Shown piece after piece: positions 43,948-55,146 of a DNA stretch of 64,000 bases. Both the position numbers and the translations under genes were made by a program. The stretch is from NCBI RefSeq assembly GCF_057098645.1, contig NZ_CM169472.1. One strand, written 5' to 3'. Within the stretch, counting starts at the first letter, position 1. Each line of letters opens with the position of its first letter. Under the pieces are notes generated by a model. The model worked only from the letters and a program-made list of their open reading frames with translations, did not search any database and was not told the DNA's origin.

Positions 43948-45365
43948 TGAGCCAGTCACTGTTTAGCCAACCATTGAACGTTATTAACGTCGGCATCGCC
44001 ATGTTTAGCGATGACCTGAAAAAGCAGCATGTAGAAGTGACTCAACTCGACTGGACGCCGCCGGGGCAGGGCAATATGCAGGTGGTGCAGGCGCTGGATA
44101 ACATTGCCGATTCGCCGCTGGCAGACAAAATCGCCGCCGCTAACCAGCAGGCGCTGGAGCGCATTATCCAGTCGCATCCGGTGCTGATTGGTTTTGAGCA
44201 GGCGATTAACGTGGTGCCGGGCATGACGGCGAAAACCATTCTTCACGCCGGGCCGCCGATCACCTGGGAAAAAATGTGCGGCGCGATGAAAGGCGCGGTC
44301 ACCGGAGCGCTGGTGTTCGAAGGACTGGCGAAAGATCTCGACGAGGCGGCTGAACTGGCGGCTTCCGGGGAGATCACCTTCTCGCCGTGCCACGAACACG
44401 ACTGTGTGGGATCGATGGCGGGTGTTACCTCGGCCTCGATGTTTATGCACATCGTAAAAAACAAAACCTACGGCAACATCGCTTATACCAACATGAGCGA
44501 GCAGATGGCGAAGATTTTGCGTATGGGCGCTAACGACCAGAGCGTGATTGACCGCCTGAACTGGATGCGTGATGTGCAGGGACCAATACTGCGCGACGCG
44601 ATGAAAATTATCGGCGAAATCGATCTGCGCTTAATGCTGGCGCAGGCGCTGCATATGGGCGATGAGTGCCATAACCGCAATAACGCCGGGACGACGCTGC
44701 TGATTCAGGCGCTGACGCCGGGGATTATTCAGGCGGGCTACTCCGTCGAGCAACAGCGCGAAGTGTTTGAGTTTGTCGCCAGCAGCGACTACTTCTCCGG
44801 CCCGACGTGGATGGCGATGTGTAAAGCGGCGATGGATGCGGCGCACGGCATCGAATACAGCACCGTGGTCACCACCATGGCGCGTAACGGCGTCGAGTTC
44901 GGCCTGCGGGTCAGCGGCCTGCCGGGGCAATGGTTTACCGGTCCGGCGCAGCAGGTGATCGGCCCGATGTTTGCCGGTTATAAGCCGGAAGATTCGGGGC
45001 TGGATATCGGCGACAGTGCCATCACCGAAACCTACGGTATTGGCGGATTTGCCATGGCGACCGCGCCCGCTATCGTCGCGCTGGTGGGCGGCACGGTGGA
45101 AGAAGCTATTGATTTCTCCCGTCAGATGCGCGAAATCACCCTCGGTGAAAACCCCAACGTCACCATTCCACTGCTCGGTTTTATGGGCGTACCGTCGGCA
45201 ATCGACATCACCCGCGTGGGCAGCAGCGGCATTTTGCCGGTGATCAACACCGCCATCGCCCATAAAGATGCGGGCGTCGGCATGATTGGCGCGGGCATTG
45301 TGCATCCACCTTTCGCCTGCTTCGAGAAAGCCATTCTTGGCTGGTGCGAACGTTACGGCGTCTGA
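43947..45365 (+). CDS. yahG: DUF1116-family protein YahG
   Basis: 472 aa; start overlaps yahF stop. Confidence 0.85.
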   Translation: MSQSLFSQPLNVINVGIAMFSDDLKKQHVEVTQLDWTPPGQGNMQVVQALDNIADSPLADKIAAANQQALERIIQSHPVLIGFEQAINVVPGMTAKTILHAGPPITWEKMCGAMKGAVTGALVFEGLAKDLDEAAELAASGEITFSPCHEHDCVGSMAGVTSASMFMHIVKNKTYGNIAYTNMSEQMAKILRMGANDQSVIDRLNWMRDVQGPILRDAMKIIGEIDLRLMLAQALHMGDECHNRNNAGTTLLIQALTPGIIQAGYSVEQQREVFEFVASSDYFSGPTWMAMCKAAMDAAHGIEYSTVVTTMARNGVEFGLRVSGLPGQWFTGPAQQVIGPMFAGYKPEDSGLDIGDSAITETYGIGGFAMATAPAIVALVGGTVEEAIDFSRQMREITLGENPNVTIPLLGFMGVPSAIDITRVGSSGILPVINTAIAHKDAGVGMIGAGIVHPPFACFEKAILGWCERYGV

Positions 45366-45378
45366 CCTGCATGTTCAT

Positions 45379-45655
45379 GCCGGATGCGGCGTGAACGCCT
45401 TATCCGGCCTACGAATGGCGCAAGAATCTGTAGGCCTGATAAGCGTAGCGCATCAGGCATTTGTCACCATTGCCGGATGCGGCGTGAACGCCTTATCCGG
45501 CCTACAAGTGGCGCAAGAATTTGTAGGCCTGATAAGCGTAGCGCATCAGGCATTTGTCACCATTGCCGGATGCGGCGTGAACGCCTTATCCGGCCTACGA
45601 GTGGCACGAGAATTTGTAGGCCTGATAAGCGTAGCGCATCAGGCAATTTGGCGTT
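45379..45655. repeat. REP/BIME cluster, three tandem ~60-bp units
   Basis: gccggatgcggcgtgaacgccttatccggcctac ... ctgataagcgtagcgcatcaggca repeated three times; track ORFs here are artefacts of the repeat. Confidence 0.9.
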
Positions 45656-45694
45656 GGTCATAACCCCATCACCCTCTGTAGCGGACATAACAAC

Positions 45695-46645
45695 ATGAAA
45701 GAGCTTGTGGTCGTTGCCATTGGTGGCAACAGCATTATCAAAGATAACGCCAGCCAGTCGATTGAGCATCAGGCGGAGGCGGTGAAAGCCGTCGCCGATA
45801 CGGTGCTGGAAATGCTGGCTTCCGATTACGACATTGTGCTGACCCACGGTAACGGGCCGCAGGTCGGGCTGGATTTACGCCGTGCGGAGATTGCCCACGA
45901 GCGCGAAGGGCTCCCCTTAACGCCGCTGGCGAACTGTGTGGCGGATACGCAAGGTGGCATTGGCTATCTGATCCAGCAGGCGCTGAACAATCGACTGGCG
46001 CGCCACGGCGAGAAAAAAGCCGTCACCGTGGTGACTCAGGTGGAAGTGGATAAAAACGATCCGGGATTTGCCCATCCCACCAAGCCCATCGGCGCATTCT
46101 TCAGTGAAATCCAGCGTGACGAATTACAAAAGGCAAACCCTGACTGGCGTTTTGTTGAAGATGCCGGACGAGGCTATCGCCGCGTGGTCGCCTCGCCGGA
46201 ACCGAAACGTATTGTCGAAGCACCGGCCATTAAGGCGCTGATCCAGCAAGGCTTTGTGGTGATTGGCGCGGGCGGTGGCGGAATTCCTGTGGTGCGTACT
46301 GACGCGGGAGATTACCAAAGCGTGGACGCGGTTATCGACAAAGATCTCTCTACCGCGCTACTGGCCCGTGAAATTCACGCCGACATTCTTGTGATCACCA
46401 CTGGCGTGGAAAAAGTGTGTATTCACTTTGGCAAACCCGAGCAGCAGGCGCTGGATCGCGTAGATATTGCCACTATGACCCGCTATATGCAGGAAGGGCA
46501 TTTCCCGCCCGGCAGCATGTTGCCAAAAATCATCGCCAGCCTGACGTTCCTGGAACAGGGCGGTAAAGAAGTGATTATCACCACGCCGGAATGCCTGCCA
46601 GCGGCGCTGCGCGGTGAAACGGGCACCCACATTATTAAAACGTAA
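45695..46645 (+). CDS. yahI: carbamate kinase-like protein YahI
   Basis: 316 aa amino-acid-kinase fold (VVAIGGNS, THGNGPQVG). Confidence 0.9.
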   Translation: MKELVVVAIGGNSIIKDNASQSIEHQAEAVKAVADTVLEMLASDYDIVLTHGNGPQVGLDLRRAEIAHEREGLPLTPLANCVADTQGGIGYLIQQALNNRLARHGEKKAVTVVTQVEVDKNDPGFAHPTKPIGAFFSEIQRDELQKANPDWRFVEDAGRGYRRVVASPEPKRIVEAPAIKALIQQGFVVIGAGGGGIPVVRTDAGDYQSVDAVIDKDLSTALLAREIHADILVITTGVEKVCIHFGKPEQQALDRVDIATMTRYMQEGHFPPGSMLPKIIASLTFLEQGGKEVIITTPECLPAALRGETGTHIIKT

Positions 46646-46654
46646 GGACGTAAG

Positions 46655-48037
46655 ATGAAAGAAAACAATAGCCGCCGTGAATTTCTGAGCCAGAGCGGTA
46701 AGATGGTCACCGCCGCCGCGCTGTTTGGTACCTCTGTGCCGTTCGCCCATGCGGCGGTCTCTGGCACCACAAACTGCGAAGCGAACAACACCATGAAAAT
46801 CACTGACCCGCATTACTATCTCGACAACGTGCTGCTGGAAACTGGATTTGACTACGAAAATGGCGTGGCGGTTCAGACCCGCACGGCGCGCCAGACCGTG
46901 GAGATTCAGAACGGCAAAATTGTCGCGCTGCGCGAGAATAAGCAGCACCCGGATGCCACGCTGCCGCACTATGACGCTGGCGATAAGCTGATGCTGCCCA
47001 CCACCCGCGACATGCATATTCATCTCGACAAAACCTTCTACGGCGGGCCGTGGCGCTCGCTCAATCGTTCGGCAGGCACCACTATCCAGGACATGATCAA
47101 ACTCGAGCAGAAAATGCTGCCGGAGTTACAACCGTATACGCAGGAGCGGGCGGAAAAACTGATCGATCTATTGCAGTCGAAAGGCACCACCATTGCCCGC
47201 AGCCACTGCAATATCGAACCGGTTTCCGGCCTGAAAAATCTGCAAAATTTGCAGGCGGTGCTGGCGCGGCGTCAGGCGGGCTTCGAGTGTGAAATCGTCG
47301 CCTTCCCGCAGCACGGTTTGCTGCTGTCGAAATCGGAACCCTTAATGCGCGAAGCGATGCAGGCGGGGGCGCATTACGTCGGCGGGCTGGACCCGACCAG
47401 TGTCGATGGCGCGATGGAAAAATCCCTCGACACCATGTTCCAGATTGCGCTGGACTACGACAAAGGCGTCGATATTCACCTGCACGAAACCACTCCGTCG
47501 GGCGTGGCAGCCATCAATTATATGGTTGAAACGGTAGAGAAAACGCCGCAACTGAAAGGTAAGCTGACCATCAGCCACGCCTTTGCGCTGGCTACGCTCA
47601 ACGAACAACAGGTCGATGCGCTGGCGAATCGGATGGCGGCGCAGCAAATTTCTATCGCCTCGACGGTGCCGATTGGCACGCTGCATATGCCGCTCAAACA
47701 GTTGCACGACAAAGGCGTAAAAGTGATGACTGGCACTGACAGCGTTATCGACCACTGGTCGCCTTATGGTCTGGGCGACATGCTGGAAAAAGCCAATCTC
47801 TACGCGCAGCTCTATATTCGTCCTAACGAACAGAACCTCTCCCGTTCGCTGTTTTTAGCCACTGGCGATGTATTGCCGCTGAATGAAAAAGGCGAGCGTG
47901 TATGGCCAAAAGCGCAGGATGACGCCAGCTTTGTGCTGGTGGACGCCTCCTGTTCCGCCGAGGCGGTGGCGCGTATCTCGCCGAGAACCGCAACGTTCCA
48001 TAAAGGGCAACTGGTGTGGGGGAGTGTGGCAGGTTGA
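46655..48037 (+). CDS. yahJ: amidohydrolase-family protein YahJ with Tat-type signal peptide
   Basis: SRREFLS twin-arginine motif then hydrophobic region; metal-dependent hydrolase His motifs (HIHLD). Confidence 0.85.
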   Translation: MKENNSRREFLSQSGKMVTAAALFGTSVPFAHAAVSGTTNCEANNTMKITDPHYYLDNVLLETGFDYENGVAVQTRTARQTVEIQNGKIVALRENKQHPDATLPHYDAGDKLMLPTTRDMHIHLDKTFYGGPWRSLNRSAGTTIQDMIKLEQKMLPELQPYTQERAEKLIDLLQSKGTTIARSHCNIEPVSGLKNLQNLQAVLARRQAGFECEIVAFPQHGLLLSKSEPLMREAMQAGAHYVGGLDPTSVDGAMEKSLDTMFQIALDYDKGVDIHLHETTPSGVAAINYMVETVEKTPQLKGKLTISHAFALATLNEQQVDALANRMAAQQISIASTVPIGTLHMPLKQLHDKGVKVMTGTDSVIDHWSPYGLGDMLEKANLYAQLYIRPNEQNLSRSLFLATGDVLPLNEKGERVWPKAQDDASFVLVDASCSAEAVARISPRTATFHKGQLVWGSVAG

Positions 48038-48413
48038 TGCGCATTTGAAACGCCTGCAACGGTGAATAGTAAGAGATTTAAGCCCCAGGGAGTGGGGCAA
48101 TCTGAATATGAGTGTGTCGGCAGAAATGGACATTATCTTTGAGGAATATGCCCTTATTGACGTTGTGTAGATAACTATTTGTCTACGTGAAAAGATCATC
48201 AGTTTTGCCGATTTTAGTCTTTTACGGATAGCAAATATCACACTTATAGGCGCTCGCCTTATGGGGAACGTTGCTGCTCTGTTTCATTCAGGCTCGTGGC
48301 ATGTTGGGGCTGGATCGGGTGGTTTAAATATTGGCTATATTCAATGGACGCGTTTTGCCGCGATGACATATCAGGCATCGCCAAATACACATAGCTAATC
48401 AGGAGTAAACACA

Positions 48414-49463
48414 ATGAAGATCAAAGCTGTTGGTGCATATTCCGCTAAACAACCACTTGAACCGATGGATATCACCCGGCGTGAACCGGGACCGAATGAT
48501 GTCAAAATCGAAATCGCTTACTGTGGCGTCTGCCATTCCGATCTCCACCAGGTCCGTTCCGAGTGGGCGGGGACGGTTTACCCCTGCGTGCCGGGTCATG
48601 AAATTGTGGGGCGTGTGGTAGCCGTTGGTGATCAGGTAGAAAAACATGCGCTGGGCGATCTGGTCGGTGTCGGCTGCATTGTCGACAGTTGTAAACATTG
48701 CGAAGAGTGTGAAGACGGGCTGGAAAACTACTGTGATCACATGACCGGCACCTATAACTCGCCGACGCCGGACGAACCGGGCCATACTCTGGGCGGCTAC
48801 TCACAACAGATCGTCGTTCATGAGCGATATGTTCTGCGTATTCGTCACCCGCAAGAGCAGCTGGCGGCGGTGGCTCCTTTGTTGTGTGCAGGGATCACCA
48901 CGTATTCGCCGCTACGTCACTGGCAGGCCGGGCCGGGTAAAAAAGTGGGCGTGGTCGGCATCGGCGGTCTGGGACATATGGGGATTAAGCTGGCCCACGC
49001 GATGGGGGCACATGTGGTGGCATTTACCACTTCTGAGGCAAAACGCGAAGCGGCAAAAGCCCTGGGGGCCGATGAAGTTGTTAACTCACGCAATGCCGAT
49101 GAGATGGCGGCTCATCTGAAGAGTTTCGATTTCATTTTGAATACAGTAGCTGCGCCACATAATCTCGACGATTTTACCACCTTGCTGAAGCGTGATGGCA
49201 CCATGACGCTGGTTGGTGCGCCTGCGACACCGCATAAATCGCCGGAAGTTTTCAACCTGATCATGAAACGCCGTGCGATAGCCGGTTCTATGATTGGCGG
49301 CATTCCAGAAACTCAGGAGATGCTCGATTTTTGCGCCGAACATGGCATCGTGGCTGATATAGAGATGATTCGGGCCGATCAAATTAATGAAGCCTATGAG
49401 CGAATGCTGCGCGGTGATGTGAAATATCGTTTTGTTATCGATAATCGCACACTAACAGACTGA
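48414..49463 (+). CDS. yahK: zinc-dependent NADPH aldehyde reductase YahK
   Basis: GHEIVGRV zinc-ADH signature, GIGGLGHMG Rossmann motif. Confidence 0.9.
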   Translation: MKIKAVGAYSAKQPLEPMDITRREPGPNDVKIEIAYCGVCHSDLHQVRSEWAGTVYPCVPGHEIVGRVVAVGDQVEKHALGDLVGVGCIVDSCKHCEECEDGLENYCDHMTGTYNSPTPDEPGHTLGGYSQQIVVHERYVLRIRHPQEQLAAVAPLLCAGITTYSPLRHWQAGPGKKVGVVGIGGLGHMGIKLAHAMGAHVVAFTTSEAKREAAKALGADEVVNSRNADEMAAHLKSFDFILNTVAAPHNLDDFTTLLKRDGTMTLVGAPATPHKSPEVFNLIMKRRAIAGSMIGGIPETQEMLDFCAEHGIVADIEMIRADQINEAYERMLRGDVKYRFVIDNRTLTD

Positions 49464-49705
49464 AAAAATTAATAAATACCCTGTGGTTTAACATATTAAC
49501 TTCGCTCTCCACTTAACTTTTTAGTTAAGGAGAGCGAAATAATATCAAAGTAGCAGTAAAACCTATAACGTAAATTCAAATTGTTAAATTAACTCCCTCC
49601 AGTACACAATACTTCTCACGTTAGTTATGAGCGATTTCTGATAGTGCCTGGTTTAATTAGAGCTTTATTATCTGCGACGTTTATTTTTATTTAAGAGAGA
49701 TCGCG

Positions 49706-50521
49706 ATGATATCATTAAAAGCTCCGCGCAATAATTTGATGCCATATACGCAACAAAGCATACTTAATACGGTTAAAAACAATCAGTTACCAGAGGATAT
49801 CAAAAGCCCCCTGGTTTCCTGTGTCGATATATTCAAGGTTTTGATTAAACAATATTATGATTATCCTTATGATTGTCGTGATGATTTAGTCGATGACGAC
49901 AAACTCATTCATCTCATGGCTGCCGTACGAGACTGTGAGTGGTCAGACGATAACGCACTCACCATAAATGTGCAGTTTAATGATTTCCCTGGATTTTATG
50001 ACTGGATGGATTACCCTGATCACCCGGTTAAGTTTGTTTTTCGCATACTTGAAAATCAAAAAGGGACAGTTTGGGTATATGACCAGGATGATGCGTTTCT
50101 TGATATTAAAGCAAATGTGCAGGCTGGACGCTTTACCGGGCTTAAGAAATTAGTGCAGTTTATCGATTCAGTGCGAACAGATTGCAAATGTATTCTTCTT
50201 GAACACCATATGCCTTTGCTGAGAATTTTCCCTAAAGGGAAAGAGTGTATGCATGTGGAAAAATGGCTTCGCGAAATGTCGTCTATTCCGGAGACAGACG
50301 CGCCCATTAAGCAGGCGCTTGCGCATGGATTATTATTACACTTAAAAAATATCTACCCTGTTTTTCCTGAATCACTGGTGATGTTATTGCTCTCTGTTCT
50401 GGACGTAAAAACATACAGAGATGATGCGCGATTAAATCAATGGATATCTAATAGAGTCCAGGAATTAGGTGACAGATATTATCCTGTAAATAAGCACGTT
50501 AAAATCCGCTACACTCTTTAG
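49706..50521 (+). CDS. yahL: uncharacterized protein YahL
   Basis: 271 aa ORF preceded by AT-rich promoter region. Confidence 0.7.
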   Translation: MISLKAPRNNLMPYTQQSILNTVKNNQLPEDIKSPLVSCVDIFKVLIKQYYDYPYDCRDDLVDDDKLIHLMAAVRDCEWSDDNALTINVQFNDFPGFYDWMDYPDHPVKFVFRILENQKGTVWVYDQDDAFLDIKANVQAGRFTGLKKLVQFIDSVRTDCKCILLEHHMPLLRIFPKGKECMHVEKWLREMSSIPETDAPIKQALAHGLLLHLKNIYPVFPESLVMLLLSVLDVKTYRDDARLNQWISNRVQELGDRYYPVNKHVKIRYTL

Positions 50522-50933
50522 GTCAGAAAGGGTTCCACCTGCAAGTTGTTATTCCACCAGAGAGTGAATCGCAATGCAGGTAATCATTTCATCTGTATAT
50601 CCGTATGCCAAATGGCATTCCACCGCCTTTTTCGCCGATATTTTGTTGTGATCGGCGACGCTTCGCTTAAAAAAGCACCAGCTGTGGTTTTGCAGCTATG
50701 CGGTGTATAAAAAATGATCTCATGCAGATGTTTTGTGAATGTGTGGGTTGACATTCATATGAAAAAAATCATAATTCCATCATGTTTGTGTGGGGTCTTT
50801 TCTGTACCTTACGCATCGCACTCAAGCCTGACAGAAAATATGCTGTAAGGCTCATATCAAAAACCGCCATTAGCTCATCAGGAAGAGCAGACGACAACCA
50901 GGATTGTTGTATGGTACGGGGTTCGAGGCCTCG

Positions 50934-51179
50934 ATGGCGGTCCAACTTTTCAAAACTCTTCTGAATCAGATCCCCTTATTATCATCCCTGCAAAGTGGAA
51001 CATTGCCATTGTTTGGCTATTCAGGACGGGTCAGACCAATGAAAAAAGCCCACACAGGGGAGAGTGGGCTGAAATGGGAAGCTAAAGACTCAAGTAAACT
51101 TATCGGAAATAAGGACCACGCATTACGGGGGCTATCATCGCCGATGGTCGGGATTCGGCAAATCAGGTTGATTACGTAG
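50934..51179 (+). CDS. yahM: small uncharacterized protein YahM (81 aa)
   Basis: In-frame Met within track ORF 50904..51179 gives the 81-aa length I recall; weak. Confidence 0.4.
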   Translation: MAVQLFKTLLNQIPLLSSLQSGTLPLFGYSGRVRPMKKAHTGESGLKWEAKDSSKLIGNKDHALRGLSSPMVGIRQIRLIT

Positions 51180-51195
51180 AGAGTAAATTATCTGC

Positions 51196-51867
51196 TCACC
51201 GCTGCGTCACCCCTTCGTAAATCAGGCGTAGCGCGAATACACCAATAATTGCACCAATAACCCGACTGGCAACGCGTTGCATACGCCCATAAGCACGACG
51301 CACAGCGGGCAAAGAAAACGCCTGACTAAGAAAGACTCGCCAGATAACTGATGCGAGTACAATCCCCGCCCAGGCCATTAAACGTGCCCATGTTGGTGTT
51401 TCGGCATTTAATGTTACTGAGAAAATACTAATAAAAAATAAAACGGTTTGCGGGTTAGAGAGATCGGTAATTAATCCACGGCGAAAAAAGACATACCAGG
51501 GGGCGTTAATCGGTTGTTGTAGTGTGCTCATTTGCGGTGTTGACTGGCGGCGCATGCTGCACCACGCAAACCATAAGAGATAAGCGCCGCCGACGATTCT
51601 GATAAGCGAAAAAATCTCCTCACACTGCGTAATTAGCGTTGCAAGACCAAACAAACCCAACCCGGAATAAAATGCATCGCCCAGCGCCACGCCCAGCCCG
51701 GTCAGCACCCCTGCGCGTCGACCGGAAGCCAGGCTGGTTTGTACTACCACAAAGAGATTGGCTCCCGGATTAAAAAAAGTAATCACGAACAGTCCCACGG
51801 TCAGGTAAACGGCGTGCAAAGGCTCCATAGTGATTTCATCCATAAATAAGTGAAGTAACTTCATCAT
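51196..51867 (-). CDS. yahN: LysE/RhtB-family amino-acid exporter YahN
   Basis: 223 aa, multiple TM helices. Confidence 0.85.
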   Translation of the reverse strand: MMKLLHLFMDEITMEPLHAVYLTVGLFVITFFNPGANLFVVVQTSLASGRRAGVLTGLGVALGDAFYSGLGLFGLATLITQCEEIFSLIRIVGGAYLLWFAWCSMRRQSTPQMSTLQQPINAPWYVFFRRGLITDLSNPQTVLFFISIFSVTLNAETPTWARLMAWAGIVLASVIWRVFLSQAFSLPAVRRAYGRMQRVASRVIGAIIGVFALRLIYEGVTQR

Positions 51868-52013
51868 ATTTCTACCAAAAATAATCGGGTGCGAGAGAGA
51901 TCACAAAGTGTCTTATTTCCGGTTACTGGCGTTTATGCCCTGACTGAACTAATTATTAATCAACCCAATAATGTCGGTGGGTGATAGTGTGATAACAACT
52001 CTGGAGCCGTAAT

Positions 52014-52289
52014 ATGAAAATAATCTCTAAAATGTTAGTCGGTGCGTTAGCGTTTGCCGTTACCAATGTCTATGCCGCTGAATTGATGACTAAAGCGGAA
52101 TTTGAAAAAGTCGAATCGCAATATGAAAAAATAGGTGATATTTCAACCAGCAATGAAATGTCGACCGCAGACGCGAAAGAAGATTTGATCAAAAAAGCGG
52201 ATGAAAAAGGGGCTGATGTGTTGGTACTGACCTCCGGTCAAACTGACAATAAGATCCACGGCACGGCAAATATTTATAAGAAGAAGTAA
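52014..52289 (+). CDS. yahO: periplasmic DUF1471 protein YahO
   Basis: 91 aa with signal peptide [21 protein letters not shown]. Confidence 0.85.
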   Translation: MKIISKMLVGALAFAVTNVYAAELMTKAEFEKVESQYEKIGDISTSNEMSTADAKEDLIKKADEKGADVLVLTSGQTDNKIHGTANIYKKK

Positions 52290-52386
52290 TTCTGAATCCT
52301 ATGTAAACATCCCCGATGCGTAAGTTTATCGGTGATCATCTATTGAAATTTATGCCGGATAAAGCGTTCGCGCTGCATTCGGCAGT

Positions 52387-53973
52387 TCAGTTTTTCAGCC
52401 GCCGCCAGAACGTCGTCCGGCTGATGCCTAAATAATTCGCCGCTGCTGTTTTATCGCCTTTAAATTTCTCCAGTGCCTGTTGTGGTGTCAGCAAGCGTGG
52501 AGCGGGAATTTTCGCCGACTCGCGCGCCAGTTCCGGCAGTAGCAGCTGCAAAAACTGCGGCGTTAAATCCGGCGTCGGTTCCACACTTAAAAACAGCGCC
52601 AGTCGCTCCATCATATTGCGCAGTTCTCGAATATTGCCCGGCCAGTCGTAGCGCAGCAGCACAGTTTCACTTGCCTGTAACCCCTGGCGTAATGCAGCAG
52701 AAAATGGGGCGGAGAGCGCCGCCAGAGACACTTTCAAAAAACTTTCCGCCAGTGGCAGAATATCTGCCACCCGCTCGCGCAGTGGTGGCAATTGCAGACG
52801 CAAAATACTCAGCCGATAAAACAGATCACGGCGAAACTGCCCTTGCCGCATATCTTCTTCCAGATTGCAGTGAGTGGCGCTAATGACCCGCACATCCACC
52901 GGAACAGGCTGATGCCCGCCGACGCGGGTGACCTCTTTTTCTTCCAGCACCCGTAACAGGCGAGTCTGCAAAGGTAGCGGCATTTCGCCAATCTCATCCA
53001 GAAACAGCGTACCGCCGTGGGCAATTTCAAACAGCCCGGCACGACCTCCGCGTCGCGAGCCGGTAAACGCCCCTTCCTCATAGCCAAACAGCTCCGCTTC
53101 CAGCAGCGATTCGGCAATCGCCCCGCAGTTGACGGCAACAAACGGATGCGACTTTTTGCCCTGTCGCGCATCGTGGCGGGCAAAATATTCCCGATGAATT
53201 GCCTGGGCCGCCAGCTCTTTGCCCGTCCCCGTTTCCCCCTCAATCAACACCGCTGCACTGGAGCGGGCATACAGCAAAATAGTCTGCCGTACTTGTTCCA
53301 TCTGTGGTGATTGACCGAGCATATCGCCCAGCACGTAACGAGTTCTCAGGGCGTTGCGGGTGGCATCGTGAGTGTTATGGCGTAACGACATGCGCGTCAT
53401 ATCCAGCGCATCGCTGAACGCCTGGCGCACGGTGGCGGCGGAATAGATAAAAATTCCGGTCATTCCGGCTTCTTCTGCCAGATCGGTAATCAGCCCCGCG
53501 CCGACCACCGCTTCGGTGCCGTTAGCTTTTAGCTCGTTAATCTGCCCGCGTGCGTCTTCTTCGGTAATGTAGCTACGTTGATCGAGGCGCAAATTAAAGG
53601 TTTTTTGAAACGCCACCAGTGCCGGAATAGTTTCCTGATAAGTGACAACGCCGATAGAAGAGGTGAGCTTTCCGGCTTTTGCCAGTGCCTGTAACACATC
53701 GTAGCCGCTCGGTTTAATCAAAATAACTGGCACTGACAGGCGGCTTTTCAGGTACGCGCCGTTAGAGCCAGCGGCGATGATGGCGTCGCAGCGTTCGTTT
53801 GCCAGTTTCTTGCGGATATAGGTCACTGCTTTTTCAAAGCCAAGCTGGATAGGGGTAATGTTCGCCAGGTGATCAAACTCGAGGCTGATATCGCGAAACA
53901 GCTCGAACAGGCGCGTTACAGATACCGTCCAGATAACCGGTTTGTCGTCATTAAGCCGTGGTGGATGTGCCAT
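52387..53973 (-). CDS. prpR: sigma-54-dependent propionate regulon activator PrpR
   Basis: AAA+ sigma-54 activator motifs GETGTGKE and GAFTG, C-terminal HTH; start at MAHPPRL (528 aa). Confidence 0.95.
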   Translation of the reverse strand: MAHPPRLNDDKPVIWTVSVTRLFELFRDISLEFDHLANITPIQLGFEKAVTYIRKKLANERCDAIIAAGSNGAYLKSRLSVPVILIKPSGYDVLQALAKAGKLTSSIGVVTYQETIPALVAFQKTFNLRLDQRSYITEEDARGQINELKANGTEAVVGAGLITDLAEEAGMTGIFIYSAATVRQAFSDALDMTRMSLRHNTHDATRNALRTRYVLGDMLGQSPQMEQVRQTILLYARSSAAVLIEGETGTGKELAAQAIHREYFARHDARQGKKSHPFVAVNCGAIAESLLEAELFGYEEGAFTGSRRGGRAGLFEIAHGGTLFLDEIGEMPLPLQTRLLRVLEEKEVTRVGGHQPVPVDVRVISATHCNLEEDMRQGQFRRDLFYRLSILRLQLPPLRERVADILPLAESFLKVSLAALSAPFSAALRQGLQASETVLLRYDWPGNIRELRNMMERLALFLSVEPTPDLTPQFLQLLLPELARESAKIPAPRLLTPQQALEKFKGDKTAAANYLGISRTTFWRRLKN

Positions 53974-54149
53974 AGCGCACCGCAAAGTTAAGAAACCGAA
54001 TATTGGGTTTAGTCTTGTTTCATAATTGTTGCAATGAAACGCGGTGAAACATTGCCTGAAACGTTAACTGAAACGCATATTTGCGGATTAGTTCATGACT
54101 TTATCTCTAACAAATTGAAATTAAAGATTTAATTTTATTAAGGCAATTG

Positions 54150-54166
54150 TGGCACACCCCTTGCTA
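54150..54166 (+). promoter_or_regulatory. sigma-54 (-24/-12) promoter of prpBCDE
   Basis: TGGCAC-N5-TTGCT at 54150-54165, about 50 nt upstream of prpB start. Confidence 0.75.
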
Positions 54167-54211
54167 TGTGTTTATCAACGCAAATAACAAGTTGATAACA
54201 AAGGATGGGCT

Positions 54212-55102
54212 ATGTCTCTACACTCTCCAGGTAAAGCGTTTCGCGCTGCACTGTCTAAAGAAAATCCATTGCAGATTGTTGGCACCATTAACGCCAACCA
54301 TGCGCTGTTGGCGCAGCGTGCCGGATATCAGGCAATTTATCTCTCCGGCGGTGGCGTGGCGGCAGGTTCGCTGGGGCTGCCCGATCTCGGTATTTCTACT
54401 CTTGATGACGTGTTGACCGATATTCGCCGTATCACCGACGTTTGTTCGCTGCCGCTGCTGGTGGATGCGGATATCGGTTTTGGTTCTTCTGCTTTTAACG
54501 TGGCGCGCACCGTGAAATCGATGATTAAAGCCGGTGCGGCAGGATTGCATATTGAAGATCAGGTTGGTGCGAAACGCTGCGGTCATCGTCCGAATAAAGC
54601 GATCGTCTCGAAAGAGGAGATGGTGGATCGGATCCGTGCGGCGGTGGATGCGAAAACCGATCCTGATTTTGTGATCATGGCGCGCACCGATGCGCTGGCG
54701 GTAGAGGGGCTGGATGCGGCGATCGAGCGTGCGCAGGCCTATGTTGAAGCGGGTGCCGAGATGTTGTTCCCGGAGGCGATTACCGAACTCGCCATGTACC
54801 GCCAGTTTGCCGATGCGGTGCAGGTGCCAATCCTCGCCAATATTACCGAATTTGGTGCCACGCCGCTGTTTACCACCGACGAATTACGCAGCGCCCATGT
54901 CGCAATGGCGCTGTACCCGCTTTCAGCGTTCCGCGCCATGAACCGCGCCGCTGAACATGTCTACAACGTCCTGCGCCAGGAAGGCACGCAGAAAAGCGTC
55001 ATCGACACCATGCAGACCCGCAACGAGCTGTACGAAAGCATCAACTACTACCAGTACGAAGAGAAGCTCGACGACCTGTTTGCCCGTAGCCAGGTGAAAT
55101 AA
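54212..55102 (+). CDS. prpB: 2-methylisocitrate lyase
   Basis: 296 aa, isocitrate-lyase/PEP-mutase fold (KRCGH motif). Confidence 0.95.
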   Translation: MSLHSPGKAFRAALSKENPLQIVGTINANHALLAQRAGYQAIYLSGGGVAAGSLGLPDLGISTLDDVLTDIRRITDVCSLPLLVDADIGFGSSAFNVARTVKSMIKAGAAGLHIEDQVGAKRCGHRPNKAIVSKEEMVDRIRAAVDAKTDPDFVIMARTDALAVEGLDAAIERAQAYVEAGAEMLFPEAITELAMYRQFADAVQVPILANITEFGATPLFTTDELRSAHVAMALYPLSAFRAMNRAAEHVYNVLRQEGTQKSVIDTMQTRNELYESINYYQYEEKLDDLFARSQVK

Positions 55103-55146
55103 AACACAACGAAAAATATCTCGACCCTACAAATGACGAGGACAAT

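Noticed and set aside
42547-45305. Long antisense ORFs across yahF/yahG (43026..43469, 43956..44450, 44631..45305)
   Set aside because: Antisense to conserved yah genes; Arg-rich GC-skew artefacts.
45286-45698. ORFs 45286..45663 and 45384..45698 with repeated peptide motifs
   Set aside because: Produced by reading through the tandem REP array; the repeated peptide reflects the DNA repeat, not a protein.
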